A stretch of DNA of 59,261 bases from Oscillospiraceae bacterium. GTDB taxonomy: Bacteria; Bacillota; Clostridia; Oscillospirales; Acutalibacteraceae. The DNA lies in assembly GCA_902797875.1 (NCBI GenBank), contig CADBUL010000010.1, positions 1-59,261 on the forward strand, given 5' to 3'. Every line of letters starts with the position of its first letter. Position 1 is the stretch's first letter. The translations under genes and the position numbers were made by a program. This document shows positions 46,284 through 54,945 of the stretch, in pieces. The notes beneath the pieces are model-generated. The model had not been told where the DNA came from. It made no database searches and saw nothing but the letters and a program-made list of their open reading frames with translations.

Positions 46284-47090
46284 ATGGCTTTTAAGGTTTA
46301 TTTAAGTCCCTCTAACCAGCCAAACAACACCTATAACGGCGTGGCGACTAACGAGAGAGATAACTGCCGGGAAATTGCCAAGCTTGTAAAGACCGAGCTT
46401 GAACGCTGTGGCATAACCGTAAAAATAGGCCTTGGCGGCAGTAAAAACGTAGCCGAAAGCAACGCTTTTAAGCCCAATTTGCATATACCCATTCACACCA
46501 ACGCCTACAATAAAAAGGCGCGCGGTACCTCGGTTATGGTCTATTCAAAGGCGGCGCAAAATCTAAAATACGCCACCCCCATTTTTAACCGTCTTAAGGG
46601 TATTGTGCTAAAACAGGACGCGGGACGGGGGATTTCGGTTCGTCCCGACCTTTTGGAGCTTAACGGTACTTCGGCTATAGCAGTATATATTGAGGTTGAT
46701 TTTCACGACGTACCCGAAGTGGCAAAATGGCTTACCTCCAAAAGGCAACTTATAGCGCAGACCATCGCAAAAGGTATTTGCGAGGGCGCGGGCATAAAGT
46801 ATGTGGGAGAAAAAGAGCCGAATAATACGCAGCCGCCCCAAAAAAATATGACGGCAAACGATTCTTATTCTATTACTACACCTAATCAGCCCGCCCTTGC
46901 CATTTATCTGGCGAAGCTTTTGCTTATAAATATGGGATACGCGGTTGACCCCAACGGTTACATCGGTGAAGGCACCGTAAACGCACTTAAAGATATTCAG
47001 GCTAAATCGGGACTTGCTAAAAGCGGCGCGCTTGACAGCGCCACCGCCGAAGCCCTTGTAAATCTTTACAAGGGCAAAAGCCTTAAATAA
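46284..47090 (+). CDS. N-acetylmuramoyl-L-alanine amidase endolysin with C-terminal PG_binding_1-like domain
   Basis: It has an Amidase_3-like core (VYLSPSNQ..N, IPIHTNA, AVYIEVDFHD) and a C-terminal NMGYAVDPNGYIGEGTVNALKDIQAKSGLAKSGALDSATAEAL repeat. The ATG at 46284 is preferred over 46275 (AAAGGAA RBS). Confidence 0.8.
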   Translation: MAFKVYLSPSNQPNNTYNGVATNERDNCREIAKLVKTELERCGITVKIGLGGSKNVAESNAFKPNLHIPIHTNAYNKKARGTSVMVYSKAAQNLKYATPIFNRLKGIVLKQDAGRGISVRPDLLELNGTSAIAVYIEVDFHDVPEVAKWLTSKRQLIAQTIAKGICEGAGIKYVGEKEPNNTQPPQKNMTANDSYSITTPNQPALAIYLAKLLLINMGYAVDPNGYIGEGTVNALKDIQAKSGLAKSGALDSATAEALVNLYKGKSLK

Positions 47091-47094
47091 GCGC

Positions 47095-47130
47095 AAAAAA
47101 CTCCGAAAGGTTTTGGCCTTTCGGAGTTTT
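47095..47130. terminator. Bidirectional terminator, right boundary of phage-like cluster
   Basis: aaaactccgaaagg (47097-47110) pairs with cctttcggagtttt (47117-47130) to form a 14-bp stem. It lies between the convergent amidase and ABC ATPase genes. Confidence 0.8.
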
Positions 47131-47140
47131 GTAATATCTG

Positions 47141-48307
47141 TTAGTTGCAGATGGTCTTTTCGGTGTCTTTATCGAACAGGTGGATTTTGTTAACGTCGAT
47201 GGCAACCTTGATGGTATCACCCGGACGGGCGGTAGAACTCGGGTCAACCCTGGCGTTAAGGCTTTGGCCTTCGCAGTTGGTGTAAAGATAGGTTTCCGCG
47301 CCCATAAGCTCGGTGACCTCAACCTTGGTTTCGATTATACCCTCTTTATTGGCTTTCATTAAAAGCTCTTCATCGTGAACATGTTCGGGACGAATACCCA
47401 TAACAACGTGTTTGTTAACGTAGGGCTCAAGCAAACCGACCTTGCGCTCGATTTTATCTTCGTTCTTGTAATCGGGAAGCGGAAGCTTATATTTAACGCC
47501 CGCGCGGGTTTTGGTATCTTCGCTGCCGAACTCTACAAAGAATTTTTCGCCCTCTTTAAGAACCACGGCGTCGAGGAAGTTCATTTGAGGTGAACCGATA
47601 AAGCCGGCGACAAACATATTGCAGGGCTTATCGTAAAGTACCTGAGGCGCCGCAACCTGCTGAATAAAGCCGTCCTTCATAACTACGATACGGGTACCCA
47701 TGGTCATAGCTTCGGTCTGGTCGTGGGTAACGTAAATAAAGGTGGTGCCAAGGCGTTGATGAATACGGGTAAGCTCGGTACGCATCTGCGCACGAAGTTT
47801 AGCGTCGAGGTTGGAAAGCGGTTCGTCAAGTAAGAATACCTTAGGCTCGCGAACTATCGCACGGCCAAGGGCTACACGCTGACGCTGACCGCCCGACAAA
47901 GCCTTGGGCTTACGGTCGAGTAAATGCTCGATGTCCAAAATCTTGGCGGCTTCTTCAACGCGGCGTTTAATCTCCTCTTTGCCGACCTTACGGAGTTTAA
48001 GGCCGAACGCCATATTGTCGAACACGGTCATATGCGGATAAAGCGCATAGTTTTGGAACACCATTGCTATGTCGCGGTCTTTAGGTGCAACGTCGTTAAC
48101 AAGACGGTCGCCGATGTAAAGTTCGCCGCTGCTTATTTCTTCAAGGCCGGCAACCATTCTAAGGGTGGTGGACTTACCACAGCCCGAAGGTCCAACGAGT
48201 ATAATAAACTCTTTATCGGCAATTTCAAGACAAAAATCCGAAACTGCGATAAGATCGCCTGCGCCCGGATACTTTTTGTAAATGTTTTTAAGCGTTACGC
48301 TTGCCAT
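47141..48307 (-). CDS. Sugar ABC transporter ATP-binding protein (MsmX/MalK/UgpC type)
   Basis: GPSGCGKST (Walker A), LSGGQRQR and [10 protein letters not shown] are present, with a C-terminal TOBE-like regulatory domain. The start was trimmed to [11 protein letters not shown], which has a GGGGG RBS. Confidence 0.93.
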   Translation of the reverse strand: MASVTLKNIYKKYPGAGDLIAVSDFCLEIADKEFIILVGPSGCGKSTTLRMVAGLEEISSGELYIGDRLVNDVAPKDRDIAMVFQNYALYPHMTVFDNMAFGLKLRKVGKEEIKRRVEEAAKILDIEHLLDRKPKALSGGQRQRVALGRAIVREPKVFLLDEPLSNLDAKLRAQMRTELTRIHQRLGTTFIYVTHDQTEAMTMGTRIVVMKDGFIQQVAAPQVLYDKPCNMFVAGFIGSPQMNFLDAVVLKEGEKFFVEFGSEDTKTRAGVKYKLPLPDYKNEDKIERKVGLLEPYVNKHVVMGIRPEHVHDEELLMKANKEGIIETKVEVTELMGAETYLYTNCEGQSLNARVDPSSTARPGDTIKVAIDVNKIHLFDKDTEKTICN

Positions 48308-48456
48308 AACAAAAACCCCCATTAAAAATTTTGCACTAACATTTTACCAAATGCAGATAATTAAAACAATACATTATTTACCCAAATATGTAACAATTTT
48401 TTTGTAAAAAATAACTGCTTTTTTTGGTATATTTGTTATTATTTACAAAAATTATT

Positions 48457-49152
48457 CTAAATATTGTGGAATTTTTGATTTTCAAGGCTTTTTAATTCAC
48501 AATTTGTTAACAGGCGGCTTTGACCCTCTTGCAGGTTTTTATCTAATTTCAGTCCGCCGAAAACGGTGCGTTTAAGCTGTGTAACCGTAAGCCCGTAGCG
48601 TGCAAACATTAGTTTGATTTGGTGGTACTTGCCCTCGCATATAGTGACCCTCGCCGACGTTTCGCCGGTAATTTCAAGTTTGGCAGGCATAAACCGCCGA
48701 CCGTCCGAAAATGACACGCCCCGCAAAAATTCATCGGTCAAGTATTTCGGGATGGACTTGTCCAGCGTGACCTCGTATGTTTTATTTACGTGGTTTTTGG
48801 GCGAAAGCAACCGGTGGGCAAAATCGCCGTCGTCGGTTATAAGCAAAATCCCCGTAGTATCTTTATCTAATCTTCCGACCGGAAAAAGGCCTTTGCGGTA
48901 AAACTCCGGCGGCAAAAGGTCCATCACCGTTTTGCCATTATCTCGCGTGGCGCAAACCACCCCTTTGGGTTTGTTTAAGAGTATGTAAATAAACCGGTCG
49001 GTGTTTATTTTGACCCCCTCAAAGGTAACCTCGTCACCGAAATCAACCGCCGCGGAAGGGTCTTTGCAAACGGCGCCGCCAAGCTTGGCGCACCCCTGAA
49101 AAATCTTCTTTTTTATAAGTGAACGCGAAAGCGGTAAATTATCGCTTATCAT
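48457..49152 (-). CDS. Pseudouridine synthase, RsuA/RluB family (S4 domain + catalytic GRLD)
   Basis: LLNKPKGVVCATRD and VGRLDKDTTGILLITDDGDFAHRL form the catalytic Asp motif. Confidence 0.9.
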   Translation of the reverse strand: MISDNLPLSRSLIKKKIFQGCAKLGGAVCKDPSAAVDFGDEVTFEGVKINTDRFIYILLNKPKGVVCATRDNGKTVMDLLPPEFYRKGLFPVGRLDKDTTGILLITDDGDFAHRLLSPKNHVNKTYEVTLDKSIPKYLTDEFLRGVSFSDGRRFMPAKLEITGETSARVTICEGKYHQIKLMFARYGLTVTQLKRTVFGGLKLDKNLQEGQSRLLTNCELKSLENQKFHNI

Positions 49153-49156
49153 TTTA

Positions 49157-49582
49157 TCAAGTCTCGTTTTTTACCAGTCCTTTCATGCTGCCTTCTGCGC
49201 TGTTGTTAGCAATATCGCCGCCGATTATTTTGCCGTCGACCGTAATTATATGGGCGTAAAGGTCTTCGCCCTGTAAGGTTATGGTATAAACCGTGGCGGT
49301 ACGGCCTTTGTAGGGAGCAAGGTCGTAACCGCACTTTCGTTGAAGCAGATTATAATTTTCGTAAACGTCCGAAAAATCGACCGGTATTACTATCTGTTTT
49401 TCTTCTTGCGTGGCATTATAATCTATAATATACCCTAAACTTTCAAGCAGTTTTTCGCGGTCGGTCGTCCCGCTTTTTTGCGCGGCCGGTTTAAGGCACA
49501 CAAGTATCACACATAAAACCAGCACCGAAATAAAAGCGGCAATACAAATAAGTCTTTTTTTGTTAAGTATTACTGTAAACAT
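49157..49582 (-). CDS. DUF4830-like membrane-anchored protein
   Basis: It has an N-terminal TM helix. The pattern LLESLGY...IPVDFSDVYENYNLLQRKCGYDLAPYKGRTATVYT...IIGGDI matches my memory of the DUF4830 family. Confidence 0.6.
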   Translation of the reverse strand: MFTVILNKKRLICIAAFISVLVLCVILVCLKPAAQKSGTTDREKLLESLGYIIDYNATQEEKQIVIPVDFSDVYENYNLLQRKCGYDLAPYKGRTATVYTITLQGEDLYAHIITVDGKIIGGDIANNSAEGSMKGLVKNET

Positions 49583-49626
49583 AGTTTTCGCCCCCGATTA
49601 AGCCTACGCAAAAAGGGGGCGAAATA

Positions 49627-50721
49627 TTACATTTTGGTTATAAGAAAAGCGCAGGGCTCGTCCGGGTCGAGAGCAAGCTCTAAAACGCCGCCTTTGAGGG
49701 CTAAAAGCCGCTTTTTGGGCGAAAGCCCTTCGGCGGTAATTTCGCAAAGCTCCACATTTTGCGAGGTGGCGTAACCGAGAATTTTGGTCAGATTTCGCTC
49801 TTGCGCGCCGCCCTTTGCGGTGTAACAGATTGCGCTGCCGGGTTTTATCCACTCGGTAGGATATACAACCTCGTTTTGGTTTTCGGCGGCAAAACCCGCG
49901 ATTACGGTACCGCCGCCTTGCAAAGAGGTGCTTACCCCTTTGGAAAAACTGGCAACCGTATCGTTGGCGGTAACGGTGCAGTTAAGTCGGTCTAACGAAT
50001 TAAGGAAACGCCAGCGCACAAACCCGGTACAAAATTCGCGCAGCAGTTTTTCTTCTGTCTTTTTGCCCTTTTGCAAAACCGATTTAATGTCGGCGCTTTC
50101 GCCAAACAAATTGTGCATTTTTACACCAACGGTTTTATTGCCGCACAGCGTACTTGCGGGGTATTTAAGGTAAGATATTAAACTTTGCGAAAGATAAAAT
50201 GCAAACGGCACTTTACCTATTATTTTTTCGCCAAAGTCCTGGTCGGCGTCGCTTAAAACGAGGTAATCGGTTACAAGGTCGATATTCCGTGCTGCCACCG
50301 AGTATGCCGTTTTAAGGGCGAGGTCGTCTTCCACCTCGGTAAAAAGGCGGTCAATACAAACCGTTTTGGCGCCCTTTACAAGCGGCAAAACGCTTTCAAG
50401 CCGTTTTTGTAAGGTTATGGGGTCGCCTATAGCCTTAAACGAAAAAGATAGGGTGGTATTGTGAGCCGCCGCAAATTGCATAAGCGCCGCAATGTCGTTT
50501 TCGGCGGTGTCTTTAACGGCTATATCGGGAGACAGCGAAAGACCGCCGTCGTAGTTTACCCTCTCCCAATTCTCTAAATAGGCAATTTTTTTGGTGCCAA
50601 GAAAAATCGAGTCGATAAGTTTTATATACCCGGCCGCCTCTTTAAGTCCTGTTTTTTCGCCAAGCGGCAGTTTGTAACACAGCGAATTATGGTATTCGTG
50701 GTTATATTTTATCTTTTCCAT
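49627..50721 (-). CDS. Hypothetical cytoplasmic protein (about 364 aa)
   Basis: It is a long ORF with host-like codon usage. The ATG at 50721 has a GGGGA RBS. I recognise no motif. Confidence 0.6.
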   Translation of the reverse strand: MEKIKYNHEYHNSLCYKLPLGEKTGLKEAAGYIKLIDSIFLGTKKIAYLENWERVNYDGGLSLSPDIAVKDTAENDIAALMQFAAAHNTTLSFSFKAIGDPITLQKRLESVLPLVKGAKTVCIDRLFTEVEDDLALKTAYSVAARNIDLVTDYLVLSDADQDFGEKIIGKVPFAFYLSQSLISYLKYPASTLCGNKTVGVKMHNLFGESADIKSVLQKGKKTEEKLLREFCTGFVRWRFLNSLDRLNCTVTANDTVASFSKGVSTSLQGGGTVIAGFAAENQNEVVYPTEWIKPGSAICYTAKGGAQERNLTKILGYATSQNVELCEITAEGLSPKKRLLALKGGVLELALDPDEPCAFLITKM

Positions 50722-50739
50722 ACTATTCCCCAAAACAAA

Positions 50740-51213
50740 TTAAATACTGTCAATAAGGCAGGTGGCGTAAGCTTTTATTCCCTTATATTTACCCGTAAAA
50801 CCAAGGCGCTCTTCGGTGGTGCCGGCTATGTTAACGTCGTTAATATCAATCTCTAAAACCTTTGCGACGTTTTCTTTCATTTGTGTAATATAGGGCGCGA
50901 TTTTAGGCTCTTGCGCCACCACTACGGCGCCGATATTTACGGTTTTATAACCCCGGTTTTTTATAAGGTCGGCGCATTTTTGTAAAAGGATAATCGAAGA
51001 AATATCTTTGTACGCCGGGTCGCTGTCGGGAAAATGCTTACCTATATCGCCAAGAGCCGCCGCCGACAAAAGCGAATCGGCTATGGCATGAAGCAAAACG
51101 TCGGCGTCGGAATGCCCCAAAAGTCCCTTTTTGTAATCAATTTTTACGCCGCCTAAGTATAAATCCCGACCACCGCAAAAGCGGTGAACGTCGTAGCCTA
51201 TGCCGGTTCTCAT
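50740..51213 (-). CDS. ispF: 2-C-methyl-D-erythritol 2,4-cyclodiphosphate synthase
   Basis: [12 protein letters not shown]...[30 protein letters not shown] is a canonical IspF. Confidence 0.96.
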   Translation of the reverse strand: MRTGIGYDVHRFCGGRDLYLGGVKIDYKKGLLGHSDADVLLHAIADSLLSAAALGDIGKHFPDSDPAYKDISSIILLQKCADLIKNRGYKTVNIGAVVVAQEPKIAPYITQMKENVAKVLEIDINDVNIAGTTEERLGFTGKYKGIKAYATCLIDSI

Positions 51214-51938
51214 AATATTTCACCCGTTTTCTTTATAATGTTTTCGGCAGTTAAAATATCTTCCATTACGGTTATTTTAATGTTATGGTAACTTCCCCGC
51301 ACGGTTTTTACGCGGTAGCCTGCGTTTTCAAAAACCGCCGAATCGTCGGTTATAAGGTCGTCTTGATTTTGCGCCGCCGCCGCTTTGTAATCTTCTGTAA
51401 CAAAGCCCTGGGGAGTTTGCACGCCGGCAAGCGTGGAACGGTCAAGCGTTTTTATAACGTAACCGCTTTTGTCGACCGTCTTTACGGTGTCGGTAACGGG
51501 CATACAGGGTATTGCCCCGCCGCAGCCTGCGGCGGCTTCAATAACATCCGAAATCACCCTTTTCGATACAAGCGGACGCGCTCCGTCGTGAATAACAAGA
51601 TATTCGGTGCCAACATACGGCAGCGCGTTTTTTACGCTTAAAAAGCGCGTGTCGCCGCCTTCGATTATATCGGTCAGTTTGGTGATTTCGTACCGCTCGC
51701 ACAGGTTTTGAATGTCAAGTATCCTTTGCTTTTTGGTTACGACAATTATGCTTTTTATTTGAGGGTGGCGTTCAAAAGCGAGTATACTTCTTGCTATGCA
51801 AGGCACCCCCGCTATCGGTAAAAACTGCTTGTCTGTACCCATACGCGAAGAACTGCCCGCCGCCAAAATTACGGCGGTAACGTCCGAAACGTCGCTTTGA
51901 TTTGACAGCGCCTTGGTCTTGGTTTGTAAAATAGCCAT
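51210..51938 (-). CDS. ispD: 2-C-methyl-D-erythritol 4-phosphate cytidylyltransferase
   Basis: [26 protein letters not shown] and VQTPQGF are IspD motifs. It overlaps ispF by 4 nt. Confidence 0.94.
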   Translation of the reverse strand: MAILQTKTKALSNQSDVSDVTAVILAAGSSSRMGTDKQFLPIAGVPCIARSILAFERHPQIKSIIVVTKKQRILDIQNLCERYEITKLTDIIEGGDTRFLSVKNALPYVGTEYLVIHDGARPLVSKRVISDVIEAAAGCGGAIPCMPVTDTVKTVDKSGYVIKTLDRSTLAGVQTPQGFVTEDYKAAAAQNQDDLITDDSAVFENAGYRVKTVRGSYHNIKITVMEDILTAENIIKKTGEIL

Positions 51939-52002
51939 AAATACTCCGTATTAAAAAACAAGCCGCACTAAGGGGCTACCTTAGCGCGACCGTAAATTTT
52001 GA

Positions 52003-52431
52003 TTATTCTTCGGTGCTGTCTTTGCACTCTTCGCAGTCGCACTCGGGAATATCGAATTCAAGAGTTTCGCCGCAGTTGGGGCATTCTATACCGCCCTCTT
52101 CAAGCATTTCGTAATCAAGATAAATCGTATCGTGGCATTTTGGGCATTCAACCTCGAAAAGATCGTCGTCGTCCTCGCAGTCGCAATCGCAATCACAGTC
52201 GTCGCAGTCGCACTCGTCGTAAACGTAGTCTTCAAGGTTTGCGAGATCTTCGTCCACCTCGTCGAGTTGGTCGCTGATTTCGGCAATATCGTCGCCGTTG
52301 CAGGTAACCTCGTCGCAGATATCTTCAAGTAAATCGATAATGGCTTTTAATACTTTGCCGTTATCGTCGTCGGCAAGTTTAATGCCTTCGGCAAGGCCTT
52401 TTACGTAGGCTGCTTTTTCGGTAATGGTCAT
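52003..52431 (-). CDS. Highly acidic Cys/Asp-repeat protein with C-terminal zinc-ribbon (start trimmed to ATG 52431)
   Basis: The protein begins MTITEKAAYVKGLAEG.... It contains DECDCDDCDCDCDCEDDDD, then CPKCHD...CPNCGE, then CDCEEC. GGAGG lies about 8 nt upstream of the chosen ATG. The longer ORF would overlap efp. Confidence 0.7.
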   Translation of the reverse strand: MTITEKAAYVKGLAEGIKLADDDNGKVLKAIIDLLEDICDEVTCNGDDIAEISDQLDEVDEDLANLEDYVYDECDCDDCDCDCDCEDDDDLFEVECPKCHDTIYLDYEMLEEGGIECPNCGETLEFDIPECDCEECKDSTEE

Positions 52432-52459
52432 AATAATTTCCTCCTTATGGGTGCGTAAA

Positions 52460-53017
52460 TTACGCCCTTTCCATATATTCGCCCGTACGGGTATCGATAC
52501 GGATAACGTCGCCCTCGTTGATAAAGAGAGGTACGCGAATTTCGGCGCCGGTTTCAAGTGTTGCGGGTTTGGTGGCGTTGGTGGCGGTGTTACCCTTAAA
52601 GCCGGGCTCGGTGTTGGTAACTTCAAGCTCTACAAACGTGGGCGGTTCAACGCCGAATACCTTGCCCTTATACGAAAGTATTTTGCAGGTCATATTCTCT
52701 TTAACGAACTTAAATGAGTCGCCGAGATCCTCGCGGTTTACGGGTATCATTTCATAGGTGTTGGGATCGAGGAAATTGCAAATGCCGCCGTCTTCGTAGG
52801 AATATTCCATCTCCTGGCGTTCAATGCGGGCGGGCTCGTACTTATCGTTAGGGTTAAAGGTACGTTCGGTAACGCTGCCCAGTATTACGTTTCTTATTTT
52901 TGCGCGAACAAAGGCTGCGCCCTTACCCGGTTTAACGTGCTGAAATTCGATTATTTGATAAACGTTGCCGTCCATCTCAAAAGTGATACCGTTTCTGAAC
53001 TCTCCGGCTGAAATCAT
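52460..53017 (-). CDS. efp: Translation elongation factor P
   Basis: [44 protein letters not shown]... is a canonical EF-P. Confidence 0.97.
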   Translation of the reverse strand: MISAGEFRNGITFEMDGNVYQIIEFQHVKPGKGAAFVRAKIRNVILGSVTERTFNPNDKYEPARIERQEMEYSYEDGGICNFLDPNTYEMIPVNREDLGDSFKFVKENMTCKILSYKGKVFGVEPPTFVELEVTNTEPGFKGNTATNATKPATLETGAEIRVPLFINEGDVIRIDTRTGEYMERA

Positions 53018-53066
53018 AAAGAATTAACCTCCAAAATTTTCTTATATTCTTATAATCTTATATTAT

Positions 53067-53093
53067 ATTATAACACTTTGCCCTATTTTGCAA
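53067..53093 (-). promoter_or_regulatory. Candidate efp promoter (extended -10)
   Basis: The minus strand reads TTGCAA (53093-53088) - 15 nt - TGtTATAAT (-10 at 53072-53067). The spacing is suboptimal but an extended -10 is present. Confidence 0.35.
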
Positions 53094-53124
53094 GTGTTTT
53101 TAGCCCTATTTTTGCAAAAAAACC

Positions 53125-53550
53125 TTATTTTGTATGCTCAATTAAGTAGTTCGCCGCCAAAACGCCGCTGTCTTTCCCCTTGCCCGACACCGTAACTACA
53201 CATGCGGGCTCTATCACGCTGACCTTACGAAAGTCCTCGCGCGAGGTTATATCGCTTATGTGAGCCTGAGCAAACGGGGTGTTTACGCATTTAATCGCGT
53301 CGTACAGCGCGTAAGAATAGTGGCTTAGCGCCCCCGCGTTTATGACTACGCCGTCAAAACGGTCTGCGCGGTGAATTTTTTTAATAAGTTTTTCTTCGCT
53401 GTTTGTTTGATAAAAATACACCTTCGCCTTGCCCTTAAGCATTTTTTTGGTGTATTTGTTAAGTTGTTTTAAGGTCATATCGCCGTAAATCTGCGGCTCG
53501 CGGCGGCCTAACATATCAAGGTTAGGGCCATATAAAAACAAAATTTTCAT
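53125..53550 (-). CDS. aroQ: Type II 3-dehydroquinate dehydratase
   Basis: MKILFLYGPNLDMLGRREPQIYG...INAGALSHYSYALYDAI...HISD is a canonical AroQ. Confidence 0.94.
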   Translation of the reverse strand: MKILFLYGPNLDMLGRREPQIYGDMTLKQLNKYTKKMLKGKAKVYFYQTNSEEKLIKKIHRADRFDGVVINAGALSHYSYALYDAIKCVNTPFAQAHISDITSREDFRKVSVIEPACVVTVSGKGKDSGVLAANYLIEHTK

Positions 53551-54398
53551 ACCGCTTTACCTTCAAAATAATCTTTCATTGTTTTGGCGTCGCGCGCCTG
53601 GGTGCCGTCGCTTTCGCAAATGACCGTCATTTCGCACCCGTACTTGGCGGCACTGTCTAACATCAGTTCATACGAAGGCCCAAAGATTCGGTCTTCAAAG
53701 GTAAGGTGACGCTTTTCGCCGCCTTCGGTGTATTCGATTTTGGAAAAATGCGAGTGAAAATGCTTAGCCCGTTCGCTGCCGAGTTTATTTAAGATAAGCT
53801 CAAAAATCGCGTCGAAATCTTCACCCGTGGCAAGTCCGCCGTGGGTGCGCGCGTTGAGGTGGCCAAAATCGATACACGGATAGATGCTTTCGTCGATTTC
53901 GCACAGCGCGATAACCTCCTCAAGGGTACCGAGCTGTCCGATTTTGCCCATGGTTTCGGGACACATAATAATATCCGAAAGACCGTTCCCCACAAGCATT
54001 TCGCGCGCTTTTGTCATAGTGTCAAGCGCTTTATAAAGCGCCTGTTCGCGCGATTGTTTACCGCAAGACCCCGAGTGTATTACAATGCGGTTTCCGCCAA
54101 GCGCCTTTACCGCCTGCGCCGACTGATAAACATATTTGAGAGAACCTAACCGTTTTTCTTCATCTAAGCTTGACATGGAAATATAATAGGGCGCGTGGAG
54201 CGACACCGTAATGCCGTTTTGCGCAAAAACGGGGGCTAATGAGAGCGCCTTAGCCTGCGAGATGTTTACCCCTCTGCCGCACTGATATTCAAAGGCGTTA
54301 AGCCCCATTTCTTTCAAAAACGCGGGGACCTGTTCGGTATGTTTTAGCCCTTTGTCGTAAAAATCAATACCGTTGCCTGCCGGCCCGAACTTTGCCAT
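53547..54398 (-). CDS. Endonuclease IV-like / AP-endonuclease family 2 TIM-barrel protein
   Basis: SLHAPYY, VIHSG, PETMG, IDFGHLNA and HFHSHFS form a metal-ligand pattern that parallels the Nfo family. The exact function is uncertain. Confidence 0.55.
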   Translation of the reverse strand: MAKFGPAGNGIDFYDKGLKHTEQVPAFLKEMGLNAFEYQCGRGVNISQAKALSLAPVFAQNGITVSLHAPYYISMSSLDEEKRLGSLKYVYQSAQAVKALGGNRIVIHSGSCGKQSREQALYKALDTMTKAREMLVGNGLSDIIMCPETMGKIGQLGTLEEVIALCEIDESIYPCIDFGHLNARTHGGLATGEDFDAIFELILNKLGSERAKHFHSHFSKIEYTEGGEKRHLTFEDRIFGPSYELMLDSAAKYGCEMTVICESDGTQARDAKTMKDYFEGKAV

Positions 54399-54889
54399 TA
54401 TTTTACCCCTTTCCAGCCTTTTTTAATAATCTTTTCCATAGCCCGCTTAAACTTAAAAAACCGTCCGGTTTCAAGCAAAGTAGGTTCAATATAAATCTTT
54501 TTTACGCCGCAAAAGACGCCAAAAGCCATATCGGTAAAAACCTGGTCGCCCACTACCGCAATTTCGCCTTTCTTTAAGCCGAGCTTTTTGGTGGCGCCCA
54601 GCTTGAAGGTCAGCGGTTTTAAGGCGGGGGCTATAAAGGTGTAATTCAGGGCGTTGTCTTTCATAAATTTTTGTATGCGCTCAAATTTTCCGTTAGAAAA
54701 AATTATAATCGAAACGCCGCTTTGAGATAGGTCGTTAAGGGTCTTTTGCACCCCGTCAAAAAGCCTCTCGCCCTTAAAATACGATATGGTATTGTCGATA
54801 TCGACCAAAAGACCCCTGACGCCCAGCTTTTCTAACGCGGCGGGAGTTATATCGGTAAATCTTTGAAAGCGTAAATCGGGATTAAACAT
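54398..54889 (-). CDS. yqeG: YqeG-family HAD-IIIA phosphatase
   Basis: LLVDIDNT, SN and VGDQVFTDM are motifs typical of YqeG. It is 163 aa. Confidence 0.8.
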   Translation of the reverse strand: MFNPDLRFQRFTDITPAALEKLGVRGLLVDIDNTISYFKGERLFDGVQKTLNDLSQSGVSIIIFSNGKFERIQKFMKDNALNYTFIAPALKPLTFKLGATKKLGLKKGEIAVVGDQVFTDMAFGVFCGVKKIYIEPTLLETGRFFKFKRAMEKIIKKGWKGVK

Positions 54890-54905
54890 TTTGCACCTTT
54901 CTCAT

Positions 54906-54938
54906 AAATAAAAACCTGCCCAGCTTCACTTGGCAGGT
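54906..54938 (-). terminator. Rho-independent terminator after rpsU
   Basis: acctgcc (54914-54920) pairs with ggcaggt (54932-54938). A U-tract follows on the minus strand (plus-strand aaataaaaa). Confidence 0.6.
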
Positions 54939-54945
54939 CTTATGT

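Larger units (their letters stand above)
36098..47090 (+). mobile_element. Phage-like packaging/head/short-tail/lysis gene cluster lacking integration, regulation and replication modules (GTA-like, domesticated or remnant prophage)
   Basis: It holds 13 co-directional ORFs with strong RBSs, most of them overlapping or separated by 20 nt or less. Recognisable members are a large terminase, a holin and an amidase endolysin. The rest are assigned by size, order and composition. Hairpin terminators and core genes bound it on both sides. Confidence 0.8.

Noticed and set aside
35861-47140. att-site direct repeats, an integrase or a tRNA integration target flanking the phage-like cluster.
   Set aside because: Visual comparison of the 240-nt left flank and the 50-nt right flank shows no shared repeat of 10 nt or more. 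No tRNA or recombinase gene occurs in or near the block. I therefore do not call it an integrated, excisable prophage.
49604-49852. 82-aa Arg-rich minus-strand ORF.
   Set aside because: It is an alternative frame overlapping the 3' end of the 49627-50721 gene. Its composition (R/A-rich) is typical of an out-of-frame artefact.
52432-52626. N-terminal 65-aa extension of the Cys/Asp-rich protein ORF.
   Set aside because: It would overlap the 3' end of efp by about 170 nt in another frame, and it is Pro/Thr-rich junk-like sequence. The internal ATG at 52431 has a proper RBS.
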